Positions 28,818 through 38,693 are shown, counted from the first letter of the stretch. The stretch: DNA of 64,000 bases from an uncultured virus (IMG/VR IMGVR_UViG_3300032053_000035) (IMGVR_UViG_3300032053_000035), one strand, 5' to 3'. Notes: a model not told the origin generated them from the sequence alone. Translations and numbers: made by a program.

Positions 28818-30044
28818 TTAGTTACCTATTTTTATCGCATAGAACTGTGCATAACCAGAAGGACCGTGACTAGTGTTGGCAAAGCCGACCCCAACAGTGT
28901 CACTCTTCATGACTCTTACTTTTATGGTTTTCGATCCCGTTAGATCTACATAACTAAGGTTTAAACTGTGAATCGCCACATTGACAATAGCAGCAACGGT
29001 TTTAACGGCAATTGATCTTTCGCAGTCGCCTACGATGTTATCACTGCTATCAGTTACTTTTGCCGCAGCTATTTCTAGATCGCCAGCAGCAGCCCCAGTA
29101 CCAATAGTCATGAACATGTTTAGCACAACGTGCCAGACGCCAGCAGGCAATACTATTGTGGCATTTGGCCAGTCGACATACGAAGTTGTGAAGGCAAAGG
29201 TGCTGGCAGACGGCGGCGTTGCCCAAGTAACAACATTAGCTGGCCCACTGGTTCCAGTGCTGCCTTGGACACCAACAAGACCAGTGTGGCCTTGAAAACC
29301 TTGGATGCCTGGCACGCCAGTTTTCCCCGTATGGCCTTGCGGCCCTGTGTTACCGATCGCTCCTGTTGCGCCAATAGGGCCGCCAAGTGGCCCAGTCTCA
29401 CCCTTGACACCCGTGCCGCCTTGCGGACCTAAGACACCGGTGTTACCAGCAATTCCTTGGGTTCCAGTCGTGCCCTGAATGCCAAAGCCGGTAGCTCCTT
29501 GTGCTCCGGTAGGACCACGAAAACCAGTTGGGCCAAGGGCGCCCATTGTTCCGGTAGCACCTTGGACGCCAGTATTGCCTAGTGCACCAGTAAGACCGAT
29601 AAACCCGGTTCCGCCCATTGCTCCTTGCAGCCCGGTAGCCCCGCCTACCCCGGTTGAACCTTGGACGCCGGTTTGACCAACAGGACCACCAAATGGACCG
29701 GTTTGACCTTGTATGCCGGTAACACCTTTTGGCCCGCTTGCAGGACCAGTTGGGCCGCGTAATCCAGTGTCGCCCTGAAGTCCAACCCCAGTTACGCCCT
29801 GCAGTTGGGCTCCTGTTGGACCGGGCAAGCCAGTTTCCCCAGCCACGCCAGTAGTTCCTTGTGCCACGGAGACAAATTGTCCAGTATAGCCGTCCGAGTA
29901 TTTTAACTCTCCCGTGGATGGGTTTAACCATATTTGGCCGGTTTCAGACGACAGAGGGTTTGCAGAGCGTATTTGTATTCCGCGTTCTTCTACAGCTTCC
30001 TCGGTTCGTCCTAGGTGCGTCTTGTCGGCCATTGTCGTCTCCAT
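28818..30044 (-). CDS. Collagen-like fibre protein
   Basis: About 200 aa of G-X-Y repeats dominated by GxT/GxQ; C-terminal beta-sandwich head (LPAGVWHV). Confidence 0.9.
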   Translation of the reverse strand: METTMADKTHLGRTEEAVEERGIQIRSANPLSSETGQIWLNPSTGELKYSDGYTGQFVSVAQGTTGVAGETGLPGPTGAQLQGVTGVGLQGDTGLRGPTGPASGPKGVTGIQGQTGPFGGPVGQTGVQGSTGVGGATGLQGAMGGTGFIGLTGALGNTGVQGATGTMGALGPTGFRGPTGAQGATGFGIQGTTGTQGIAGNTGVLGPQGGTGVKGETGPLGGPIGATGAIGNTGPQGHTGKTGVPGIQGFQGHTGLVGVQGSTGTSGPANVVTWATPPSASTFAFTTSYVDWPNATIVLPAGVWHVVLNMFMTIGTGAAAGDLEIAAAKVTDSSDNIVGDCERSIAVKTVAAIVNVAIHSLNLSYVDLTGSKTIKVRVMKSDTVGVGFANTSHGPSGYAQFYAIKIGN

Positions 30045-30236
30045 AGGCTGTCGTTCTATTGGTAAAATAGCCTGTCATTAAGTTAATTGCTGAAAACCTA
30101 CTTATTGATGGTTAATATGCCAAAAAAAGCATTGCCACTTGGACTGTCTTGCCAACTGCACAAGAGCAAACCGCTGCCAGTAGTTATTTTTGACACTTAG
30201 TGGTATTTATCAAAACCTGAAGCGCTAGGAGCCAGT

Positions 30237-30632
30237 ATGGAAAAGAATGAGCTACACGAAAAGCTAGTCAACGCTGGCATAGAAGTTAAGAACAATTGTG
30301 TGCGTAAATCAGACGTTGTGCTAGCTGAGCAAATACTGAACACAATCGACGGCTGGGAACACGATAGCAACAGTGGCTCATGGGTTTACGACCCAGAAGG
30401 TATCCTATTGGAGGATGGCACAGCATCAGTGCCGACAGTTGTGTTGGAAAATGGCGGCTACAACTATTACTGCCGAGGTGACGACTACCCATCTGGTTCC
30501 GTTACAACAAAAGAATTTATCGACTTAGACATGAGCGAAGAAGAAGCAGAGGAAGCTGCACTAGCAGCGGCAAAAGAAGCCGCTCTGGAAGGCAGTGAAA
30601 ACATGGACCCTGACACACAAAATATTTGGTAA
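30237..30632 (+). CDS. Acidic hypothetical protein with N-terminal tag motif
   Basis: LVNAGIEVKNNCVRKSDVVLAEQILN; AGGAG RBS. Confidence 0.8.
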   Translation: MEKNELHEKLVNAGIEVKNNCVRKSDVVLAEQILNTIDGWEHDSNSGSWVYDPEGILLEDGTASVPTVVLENGGYNYYCRGDDYPSGSVTTKEFIDLDMSEEEAEEAALAAAKEAALEGSENMDPDTQNIW

Positions 30633-30770
30633 AGTAGCTTTACTTTTTGATTTTGCTGATAATAAACGAAATCGGTACGCTGAGGGAAACGCTAAACGCT
30701 ATTCCCCTCTTTAGAAACCACTTTTTTACGTCGCTATACCAAATAATCAGGCCCACCTATTTTCCGGCAA

Positions 30771-30992
30771 TCAACGTGCTATGCGCTTTCCCCGGCGCAA
30801 ACTAGCCTTATATCGGTGTATGCACAAGCGGCAAATTTTTGGATGGTCTGATCGGCTGGCATTTTGTGCTAACTGCGCAAAACTGCCACTACAATCTAAA
30901 CACACCGAAAGCTCTAGCAGCTTAGCGTTGCTCTTACAGCATCCGTTTATTAAATCGATAGCTTGTTGGAGTTCTGGATCTGCGGTTGCCAT
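30771..30992 (-). CDS. Small Cys-rich (CxxC...CxxC) protein
   Basis: Start ATG 30992 with AAGGAG RBS; CLDC and CRLC. Confidence 0.65.
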   Translation of the reverse strand: MATADPELQQAIDLINGCCKSNAKLLELSVCLDCSGSFAQLAQNASRSDHPKICRLCIHRYKASLRRGKRIAR

Positions 30993-31270
30993 GTTAATCT
31001 CCTTTGCGTGAAGTGGTATCCTACCACGCCTGACGCTTTGTGTCAAGACTACCTGTTGATCAGTACGGTGCCAATTAACCTTAACCGGCACCACAGGACC
31101 GATGCGGACCGCGCCAGATAAGTAACGCTATTTTATGTCATTCACAAAGTCACCAACGGAGTAACGTGATGCCAACACACTAGCCAGCTTTTTGCCTAAC
31201 TGTTTCAAAGGCAGTTGGGCCATAGCCTCGCGACTATGGCCCAACTACGTGCTGACTGCCCAAACGTCAC

Positions 31271-31555
31271 TTATGCCGGTTGTGCCGCTTCCGCTTCTGA
31301 TGATGCGCTAGACGCCTTAGACTCATTAACTGACGCTGAGTCAGCCGTGTCACTATCAGCCAGCTTAGCCGCTCTCTGCCAGTTGTTGGACAACAGGTAG
31401 GTTTTTAGGTTATACTTAGCCAGCATGCGTTGGAGCGTCCTTATTCCAATGCCAAGCCCCCTGGCCGTGTGAGTACGGTTGCCTTTATAGTACTCAAGAG
31501 CTTTGACAGCATTTGCACGAACAACTTCTTTCTGCGTCGAAAATGTAGAATTCAT
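31271..31555 (-). CDS. Fis-family helix-turn-helix protein
   Basis: ALEYYKGNRTHTARGLGIGIRTLQRMLAKY is the Fis/NtrC-type HTH_8 pattern; low-complexity S/A/E tail. Confidence 0.8.
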   Translation of the reverse strand: MNSTFSTQKEVVRANAVKALEYYKGNRTHTARGLGIGIRTLQRMLAKYNLKTYLLSNNWQRAAKLADSDTADSASVNESKASSASSEAEAAQPA

Positions 31556-31656
31556 CAAAAAGTTCCTTTGATAGGTGCCAGATAACACTGTTTGACCTTC
31601 TTTTACAAGCAATGCCAAATCCTATATGCATACGTACCTTAATGTCAGCACAGAAA

Positions 31657-32679
31657 TTACAGGCGCCCCAGGGCCGTGTCAAGCCCACGCAGATGGTGCG
31701 GAAGTGCATGTCCTAGCACAATCATTCCAATGAGAAAGAGCACTCTCACCAGAAGCGTTACTTTGCCAGTCGTTAGACTGCTTATAACGCTACGGTCGGT
31801 TAGGATGGCATGCTCGCGTGCTGTCATTTGGTCCGATATATCATTAGCCTTTTTGCGCAGCTCCGCAAGCCTTGTCGCCCTACTCACCGAGTCCAGCCCA
31901 TCCCGCTCCAGCATGATTCTCTTGTGCTCGGCAGCGAGGCGCAGGTATTCAGGATTCGCCGAGGCTGCACTTTTTTCTACTACTGAAGCATCTCTTTGCC
32001 GCATCGCTTCTAGTGAATAAAGGTCAGCACAAACAAAGCCTGTCAGAACTAGGCCTCTTATCAATTTGGCATCGATGAAAAATATAAATGCCATAGGCAA
32101 AAGAATAAGCAGCATTGCCGGTACGACCCCGTATAACGGCACTGTGGCTATAGCAAGCTGCCACGCTATAGCGCCGCATAAAGCAATAATAAGAGTTATG
32201 CTAAGGATTCGCCCGGCTAAACCAAGATAACACCGAGCCTCTATCATACCGCCTGACGTCTTGTCTTTGCTGGGTTCGGCTGATCCAGAATCAGCCCACG
32301 ACCTGTCCGGCATTTCTATAACCACGCCATCGGCTAGGATGGAAAGCTTGCTGACCTCCAGTGCCCTCATTCTGGTTATCTCCGCCTGGATCTCTGCCGG
32401 AGTGGGTTCGTAAGGCTTTGGGTAAAGTGGTTGTCCCTTGTGGGCCTCTTTCGGCTCTAGGATAGGCTCCGGCTGATCCAGGTTTAGCTGCGGTTCAGCC
32501 AAAACCAGTGCCACAGCTTCGGGCCAGGCTTGCTCAAGCCAGGCCATAATAGCACTCTCTGGCACGTGCGTACCGCGCCGATAGTTCACCCCGCTGCGGG
32601 CCGCTTTTCTCTCTTTAACGTTGTTGATTGACTGCACAATACGTGCAATTCTTATGTCATCCATCCAATTCCTCGTCAA
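31657..32679 (-). CDS. Membrane protein with coiled-coil
   Basis: Three hydrophobic segments, a coiled-coil and a C-terminal TM helix. Confidence 0.7.
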   Translation of the reverse strand: MTRNWMDDIRIARIVQSINNVKERKAARSGVNYRRGTHVPESAIMAWLEQAWPEAVALVLAEPQLNLDQPEPILEPKEAHKGQPLYPKPYEPTPAEIQAEITRMRALEVSKLSILADGVVIEMPDRSWADSGSAEPSKDKTSGGMIEARCYLGLAGRILSITLIIALCGAIAWQLAIATVPLYGVVPAMLLILLPMAFIFFIDAKLIRGLVLTGFVCADLYSLEAMRQRDASVVEKSAASANPEYLRLAAEHKRIMLERDGLDSVSRATRLAELRKKANDISDQMTAREHAILTDRSVISSLTTGKVTLLVRVLFLIGMIVLGHALPHHLRGLDTALGRL

Positions 32680-32682
32680 CCT

Positions 32683-32710
32683 TTATCGGACCTAGTACTA
32701 CCAGCCTTTA
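32683..32710 (-). promoter_or_regulatory. Sigma28 (FliA/SigD)-like promoter
   Basis: TAAA-N16-TCCGATAA upstream of 31657..32679. Confidence 0.5.
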
Positions 32711-33169
32711 ACCAATTTTTATATTATTAGCCTCAGTAGCTCTTTGTTTTGCTTCTTTGCTGGCTATGATGCTGCCTTTGGCGCCATGATGCCCTCTAAC
32801 CCACTTCCATGTTATTATGTGCCGGTTAACGTGAGTTAATAACTCTTCCCAAAGCTCTTTGTGTTTAATCACTCCCTTTTTGGCGGTGCGCCAATTGCTC
32901 TTTTCCCACGCTCTCACCCAACCTTTACAAAACCCGTCAATTATGTATCTACTATTGGTGGCAACGGTGACTTTTGCTGGCCCTGCTATGCTTTTTAGAC
33001 CCTCAAGAACGGCGGTCATTGCCATTTGATCACTGCTTGTTAACCTACTGCTAGCCGACAACATCAACTCCGTCTCGCCATTGGTAACCAAGGCGGCCCA
33101 ACCTCCTGGCCCTGGGTCCCCGAAACAGCAGCTGACTGCCGATATTGTCACTTCTTTATTTTTTTCCAC
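32708..33169 (-). CDS. RNase HI homologue with all catalytic acids substituted
   Basis: The RNase HI scaffold is present (CFGDPGPGGW, TNSRYI, W...W...W, ELW, WKWVRGH), but D10/E48/D70/D134 are V/A/N/S. Confidence 0.85.
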   Translation of the reverse strand: MEKNKEVTISAVSCCFGDPGPGGWAALVTNGETELMLSASSRLTSSDQMAMTAVLEGLKSIAGPAKVTVATNSRYIIDGFCKGWVRAWEKSNWRTAKKGVIKHKELWEELLTHVNRHIITWKWVRGHHGAKGSIIASKEAKQRATEANNIKIG

Positions 33170-33209
33170 AACAACTCCCTAAGCCAAAAACAACATACCT
33201 ACTTGGTAG

Positions 33210-33264
33210 TTTTATGTGTCGTGGGTAATCAGAATGTAGTCGGTATGACGCTGCCTAGTCATAT
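33210..33264. repeat. Direct repeat copy 1 (~55 bp, promoter/stem-loop-like)
   Basis: TTTTATGTGTC-GTGGGTAATCAGAATGTAGTCGGTATGAC-N4-CCTAGTCATAT, near-identical to 34178..34238. Confidence 0.85.
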
Positions 33265-33313
33265 GAACGTTTCACGGCTCAGAACTGAGCAAAATTAGCA
33301 CATGGGCAACTAG

Positions 33314-33538
33314 CTATCTTTGCCTCTTCAATTCTGCTTCGTATTCAGCTTTCTTGTAATAAAAATCTTGAACAGCAAGATCATAAACATCTCTTGCTGA
33401 ATTTATTTTTGCCTGGTGCATAACGAATGCGGGAATAATAGGAAGATCAATTTCAACCCTGGCGAATATTTCAGAACACGTAATCACACATTTATTTGAG
33501 GCAATCATAGCTACTCTAAGTTCTTGCAATTTTTCCAC
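33314..33538 (-). CDS. Hypothetical protein
   Basis: 74-aa ORF with GAGG RBS in an AT-rich stretch. Confidence 0.65.
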   Translation of the reverse strand: MEKLQELRVAMIASNKCVITCSEIFARVEIDLPIIPAFVMHQAKINSARDVYDLAVQDFYYKKAEYEAELKRQR

Positions 33539-33707
33539 ATCTCACCTCTTAAGATGTCTATAAGGCAATAAATAATAAAAATAAAAGCTATAAGCAAATC
33601 CATACAACCATCCGCTCTCGACGCTTTGCTAATGTTATTTCACGTTCTGCAATAGTCCGCCTATGTGCCTGTTCATCTCATTAATTAGTTTGATAAATTT
33701 AGCCATG

Positions 33708-34139
33708 TCAAAAATCTCCAGGAGCCACTTGCAAGCAAGTTATGCCCAAGCTTCGGAACATTGCCACGGACTGATTCCGGTCATCAAAGGCCATAGCAAT
33801 GTTATCTATTCCAATCTCTCTTACCCACGCCTCTTTCAATATGTAATCACTATTGAAATTGCCATTTGGACGCATAAACATTTCATGCCATGTTACGTCG
33901 TAAGTATCTAACCATTTAATGGTCTTGTCCTTAACTTGGTCAGACCGACCTGTCAGAATAAAAATTTCATAAGCATAAGAGCGGAGGCTGTTGGCCAAGC
34001 TTATAATTGGAAAATTTGGCTCATCCATATCACATGCGTCGTAGTATGCGTCCCAATTCGTAGGTTTTTCGATAAAGTGTTGGCGATGCTCAGTCAAAGC
34101 CAAGGTTCCGTCCAGATCAAAAACAACAATATTAGACAT
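33708..34139 (-). CDS. HAD-family phosphatase (T4 PseT/PNKP phosphatase-domain-like)
   Basis: VFDLDGTL, ILTGR, MRP...D..LK and FDDR motifs. Confidence 0.88.
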   Translation of the reverse strand: MSNIVVFDLDGTLALTEHRQHFIEKPTNWDAYYDACDMDEPNFPIISLANSLRSYAYEIFILTGRSDQVKDKTIKWLDTYDVTWHEMFMRPNGNFNSDYILKEAWVREIGIDNIAMAFDDRNQSVAMFRSLGITCLQVAPGDF

Positions 34140-34177
34140 TCTTACTCCTTATTTTGGGCCTCATCCTCTTTCAGTCT

Positions 34178-34238
34178 TTTTATGTGTCGTGCGGTGGGTA
34201 GTCAGAATGTAGTCGGTATGACAGGGGCCTAGTCATAT
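34178..34238. repeat. Direct repeat copy 2
   Basis: TTTTATGTGTCGTGCGGTGGGTAGTCAGAATGTAGTCGGTATGAC-N5-CCTAGTCATAT. Confidence 0.85.
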
Positions 34239-34239
34239 T

Positions 34240-34727
34240 TGCATTATAACACTATCCTCCTCGATCCAACAGCCAAGGCGCTCAGTCTGCTCCGCCTGGT
34301 GGTTTAGGCTCTCAATCTCAGAAGTTGCTCCGCCAAAGTGGTTTCTCATCGGTTTAAAGAGAAGGGTTAAGGGTTCCCGGTTTGTCCTTCCGGTTTCAAA
34401 AAGTAACTCAGGAGGCACTGGCTTCTTAATTTCGGCTTCCAAACATCTTTTCTGGTTTCCACAAGATTGGCCTTTCCTGGCTTCCTTGGTTTCCAACCCG
34501 CTTCGGCCCGCAGCTAAATTCCCAGAAGAAGTAGGAGTACCGAGCCGCAGCATCCGGCGCGAAGCGGCGGTGCTAGCGGGTTGGACTCCACTTCTACTGA
34601 GGAAGGGGATGGGCGAAGCCCAGCCCATTTATTAGTAAAATTGGATTCTATCCGATCTGTTTTCCTAGCAAATACTTTTTTGGGCCGCCGGGGCAGCCTC
34701 AATTCTTCTCTTAATTTTTCCAGTCTA
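34240..34727. other. Probable non-coding region, candidate replication origin
   Basis: No convincing gene; many GG(C/T)TT motifs and GCGAAGC-type mini-hairpins directly downstream of the primase-domain gene. Confidence 0.3.
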
Positions 34728-37700
34728 TCAGGCTGCCTTGCGACTTGCTCGATTGGCGCCAGCTTCTGTTCCAGTAAGGAATACTGACTCCCTAAGGCGC
34801 CTGAAGTATTTAACCGAGTACTGCCTACTGTCATAATAGCCATGTTTAAGTAAAATCTTTAACGCTCGGCTAAGAATCTTAAATCTGAGGTCAAAGTCTT
34901 CCGGTACTATTTCTCGGTTGATGTGAACCAGCGTGTGCGCATCCCTGGCGGCAGCAAGAATGTCGGTGCCACCGTCGGCTCCGGTCGCCGAGATAGCTGT
35001 GGCTGCCAGGGCGACCCTGAGAGAAACGGTTGAATAGCGGGAGAGGAGGCTCTCTAGCTTGGAACGAAGCGGCCCATTTTCTGCCCTTGCCCAAAAGGCG
35101 CGAGTACCAGTCCAGGTAGAAAAGGCACCGGTCACGCAGGCCTCAGTAAAGTCCGGATGGTCCCGAAGAATGTACATGGCTTCGGTGACACCGGCTAGGT
35201 CTGGAAGAGACAGCTGGCGGCGGTTCCCTACTTTTTGCAGTCGGTTAACTTCGGTGCCGAGGCCGGTCTGCTGTGGTGGCAGCACTTTTCCTGCTACCTG
35301 CCTATTGACTTCTGCCGCCATACCTGCCAGCTGCTCACGGACATCATCAGTTATGAGCGAGAGTAGATTTGGATGTTGGCAGAGTTGGTAGAGGGAGATG
35401 GACATCCACCGGACGCTGGACAGGCCTTGCGAGGAGTAAGCTCCGTCTTGGAATGGGTCGTCCTTGCCGAACCATTTCCGGTTGTGCTCCTTTTGCTCCT
35501 TGCCGACTGCGGCCATAAAGGCTGCCTTGCGGGCCGCTTTAGCCTTGTTTGACGCTCTGAGGTAGCCAAGCTCTGTGTAGATTAAACCGGCGTTGGAAAA
35601 GTCAGCTAGGTACTCGTAACCGTGGCCGTTGGGCAGGGCGTCGGCGCTAATAATAAATGGCATAGTAAGCATCACACCGCTTGGGCTGTCCCTTAGCATA
35701 AACCCTGGGCGCGACTGCACGGGAATGGCGTCGCCGATCTTGATAACTTCGCCAGCCTTAACCGCGCTGGCTCCGCCCTCGGGGTCAGAAAGCGGGTGGC
35801 GACAAGGGGAAATTAGGCAAGAGGCAGAGATTCTAACTGCCGTGGCTAACAGCTCCATAACCTTGGCTCTAGGCTTATTATTGAGCATGCCTGGCGCCCA
35901 TACGTCTGCCTGTTCTACTAGGCAGGAGTGAAGATCGGTCCCAACGTTGGCGTACCTGGTAAATGGCAGATGGTCGAGCCTGAACATGAGGTCGGCGTGA
36001 GAGACTGCTGGCAACTCTGGCGTAGCTAGTACAGCGGCGGGAACGTACTGCTTTCCTGGAAAAATTTGGCTTTGGCCATCGCAAATCCGGCACAACTCCT
36101 TGAACGTAACGTCGTCCCTACTTGGCTTTAGCTTAGGGTCATAACTTCCTGAGTAACGAGGACCAAGAAGCTCCCGTATGTCCAGGTAGAACAGGTAGAC
36201 GGAGTCGGTTGACGACATGTCGTAACGCTTGGATGCCAGCTGTACAATGGTTCGCAAAAACAAGTGCATTTTGCCGGTTAGATTGAGCACCATTTGTCCG
36301 TCTGGCGTTTCCAGCATAGACAATATGCCACGCCTGGTAACAGTGTCTCTAAGGTAAAGCAATTGGCGGAGCGATGTATTTTTGGTGATGCCAAGATCGC
36401 AGCGTGCTCGGTTCTTTCTTTCAAGTTCCCTAAATGGCGACATTACTTTCCCCAGTCTTGTATTTTTCTTCTCGTCCAGGCAGAGGTAGGCCTTAATTGT
36501 TGCCATCCACTTTGACTGCTCCACAGCACGGCGAGCCTCTTCCGTTGTTTCGGCTGCCAAGCGAGCTGCCATTAGAGCTGGCGAATTGTAGTAAATGGCT
36601 GGTGCTACCGACTTTACTGCCTCCTGAAAGGGAACGAAGGCTGGGGTGCCAGTGGTGTGCGACTTAGTAATACGAAAGGCCGCCATGCGGTCCAAAACGG
36701 AGGCGGCGGCGTTGGCATAAACTGTGGTGACCATATGGCCGTTCTTGGGATTCACAAAGCCTGGCAGGGCTAGGATGCGAAGCGGGTCCAGCACATTAAG
36801 GTCGGAGCCAACCGTGGTAGCCACTAGCCTCTCTAAGGCACACATATAAACAAAATCTGGCGCATCAACTGAGATTCCGTCCAAGGCTTCGCCAACGACA
36901 GTCTCCTTGGTTCCCTCTCCCCCAGCTTTAAATGCTACCTGTTTTTGCCATGGAGTAATGCCAGGACTGACGGGGGCGATCCGGATGAAGACGTGATATT
37001 TGCCTGGGGACGTTTCGTTAATAGCCGATACGTATTGCCAGAGTGAGCCAAAAGTGGTGCGAAAGCAATCAATAACTAATGGCAACCTTTTCGCTGGGAC
37101 AACATGGCTTAGGTCCAGTGGTTGATCAAAGTCAAAGGCAAACATACGCTTAGCTAGGAAGTCCTGAGTTCTTACTTTTCTGTCAGGCTTCATAACGTCG
37201 CCATCACTACCAAACTGCGCTTCGTACTTTTGCTTGTACCAAGACTCTTTGGACTCGCTTGGTGGCTTGCCACCGGCTTGCCTTTTCTCATTGGCCTTAT
37301 CCAAGAATCTGACGGCTTTTCGCTTGCCAATTTCGATGTGTGGCGTGACGGTCTGTACAAAGAAACACGCCTTCATGCCGCAAATATTCTTAACGACGGC
37401 AGATCTGACACTGCCAATGTCGGCGGCACCGCGAACCTGAGACTTAGCCTCTACGTGGTCCGTCTGTGCGTCTCCTGAGTACATTGGCCCGTAGAGGACC
37501 GGGACACAGCGAAGGTTGACTGAGTGACGCACAGATGGGGAGCGGTTGGACAAGGACAGCAGTTCGTCCTGTTGCTGCAAGCTGTTTATTGCCAGTTTCA
37601 CTCTAGCTTCAAAAGGTGCCCTTACTCGTTTCTCGTACTGCCCAAAGGTTTCGAGGCCGTTTCGTTTGTACTGCGGTTCTTCGGCACAGTCGTAAATAAA

Positions 37701-37832
37701 CATGTCTTTGAGAGTGCTGGCCGGGTACCAGGAGTTGTGTTGGGTAGAAACCAGCGTTTCCCTGTCCATCTTGGCTTTTTGGTAAGCGGTAGCACCAGAA
37801 TAATTGCCAGCTTGATTTGCTGCGTCCATCAT
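34728..37832 (-). CDS. Large replication protein with RepB-type (AEP superfamily) primase domain
   Basis: FAFDFD (DxD), NETSPGKYHVF and D...D..RILALPGFVNPK are RepB primase motifs; the remaining ~600 aa are unassigned. Confidence 0.75.
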   Translation of the reverse strand: MMDAANQAGNYSGATAYQKAKMDRETLVSTQHNSWYPASTLKDMFIYDCAEEPQYKRNGLETFGQYEKRVRAPFEARVKLAINSLQQQDELLSLSNRSPSVRHSVNLRCVPVLYGPMYSGDAQTDHVEAKSQVRGAADIGSVRSAVVKNICGMKACFFVQTVTPHIEIGKRKAVRFLDKANEKRQAGGKPPSESKESWYKQKYEAQFGSDGDVMKPDRKVRTQDFLAKRMFAFDFDQPLDLSHVVPAKRLPLVIDCFRTTFGSLWQYVSAINETSPGKYHVFIRIAPVSPGITPWQKQVAFKAGGEGTKETVVGEALDGISVDAPDFVYMCALERLVATTVGSDLNVLDPLRILALPGFVNPKNGHMVTTVYANAAASVLDRMAAFRITKSHTTGTPAFVPFQEAVKSVAPAIYYNSPALMAARLAAETTEEARRAVEQSKWMATIKAYLCLDEKKNTRLGKVMSPFRELERKNRARCDLGITKNTSLRQLLYLRDTVTRRGILSMLETPDGQMVLNLTGKMHLFLRTIVQLASKRYDMSSTDSVYLFYLDIRELLGPRYSGSYDPKLKPSRDDVTFKELCRICDGQSQIFPGKQYVPAAVLATPELPAVSHADLMFRLDHLPFTRYANVGTDLHSCLVEQADVWAPGMLNNKPRAKVMELLATAVRISASCLISPCRHPLSDPEGGASAVKAGEVIKIGDAIPVQSRPGFMLRDSPSGVMLTMPFIISADALPNGHGYEYLADFSNAGLIYTELGYLRASNKAKAARKAAFMAAVGKEQKEHNRKWFGKDDPFQDGAYSSQGLSSVRWMSISLYQLCQHPNLLSLITDDVREQLAGMAAEVNRQVAGKVLPPQQTGLGTEVNRLQKVGNRRQLSLPDLAGVTEAMYILRDHPDFTEACVTGAFSTWTGTRAFWARAENGPLRSKLESLLSRYSTVSLRVALAATAISATGADGGTDILAAARDAHTLVHINREIVPEDFDLRFKILSRALKILLKHGYYDSRQYSVKYFRRLRESVFLTGTEAGANRASRKAA

Positions 37833-37879
37833 AACTCCACATCAACTTAGAACAGAAATAGTTACCGCATTTTTAGGGA

Positions 37880-38563
37880 ATGCTAGCATTCCATGCACAT
37901 GAAAAGTATAAGCATTTGTCGGTCATAAAATATGAGGACTACTACGAAGGGAGTAAACAAGTGGACCAAAGATATCACAACACCCAGTTTGTTACGCATA
38001 AGTCGCATGAAATCGAGATACCAAGGTGGTACGAAGGACAGAAACGGTTCATTGAAGAGTGGATGACCGACATACCCAAATATGCTAAAATACTAGATAT
38101 TGCCTGCGTGGGCTTTAGACACTTCCGCGAACTTGGATATGAGAACGTGACAGGCGTAGGGCGCGAGGCTAGCAAGCAGGCGTTGGACAATAAGTATGGC
38201 TACTTGGTATTAGCGCTTGATATGCACAGGCTTGGTGCTATTCCTGACGATAGCTACGACGTGGTTTACGCTAGCCACGCTATTGAGCACTCACACAATC
38301 CTATCTTGGTGGTGGAGGGCATTAGGCGCATTCTAAAGCCTGGCGGGAAACTGGTTGTGGTGCTGCCTTACCCGGACGCTGGTCCTGACAATGCTCATTG
38401 TGGCAAGTTTGCATTAGGAACCAATAACAGCGACAATGCAATATCGGTTAGAAACTTCTTTTGGCTAAGTGGCTTTAAGATCTACGAGTGGAAGGTGGAT
38501 TCGTTTAGGGAGCCAGAAGTGTGGTTGAAAATGGAAAATGCAAAAGACCTAGGACAAGCGTGA
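37880..38563 (+). CDS. Class I SAM-dependent methyltransferase
   Basis: ILDIAC, DMH.L..PDDSYDVVYASHAIEH and RILKPGG. Confidence 0.85.
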   Translation: MLAFHAHEKYKHLSVIKYEDYYEGSKQVDQRYHNTQFVTHKSHEIEIPRWYEGQKRFIEEWMTDIPKYAKILDIACVGFRHFRELGYENVTGVGREASKQALDNKYGYLVLALDMHRLGAIPDDSYDVVYASHAIEHSHNPILVVEGIRRILKPGGKLVVVLPYPDAGPDNAHCGKFALGTNNSDNAISVRNFFWLSGFKIYEWKVDSFREPEVWLKMENAKDLGQA

Positions 38564-38693
38564 TTTTCGGCCTCGCTGCTTCGCCATATACACACCTGTG
38601 CTTATGCCCTCTTGCGCCGTCTTATTAACGGCGCACTTTTCTCACCTGTACGCCTTTAGGTAAAATAGCAAAACAAAAGTCTATAGGGACAAA

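Noticed and set aside
34233..34843. ORFs 34233..34628 and 34514..34843 as genes
   Set aside because: They overlap each other and the primase gene, have no clear RBS, and have atypical composition.
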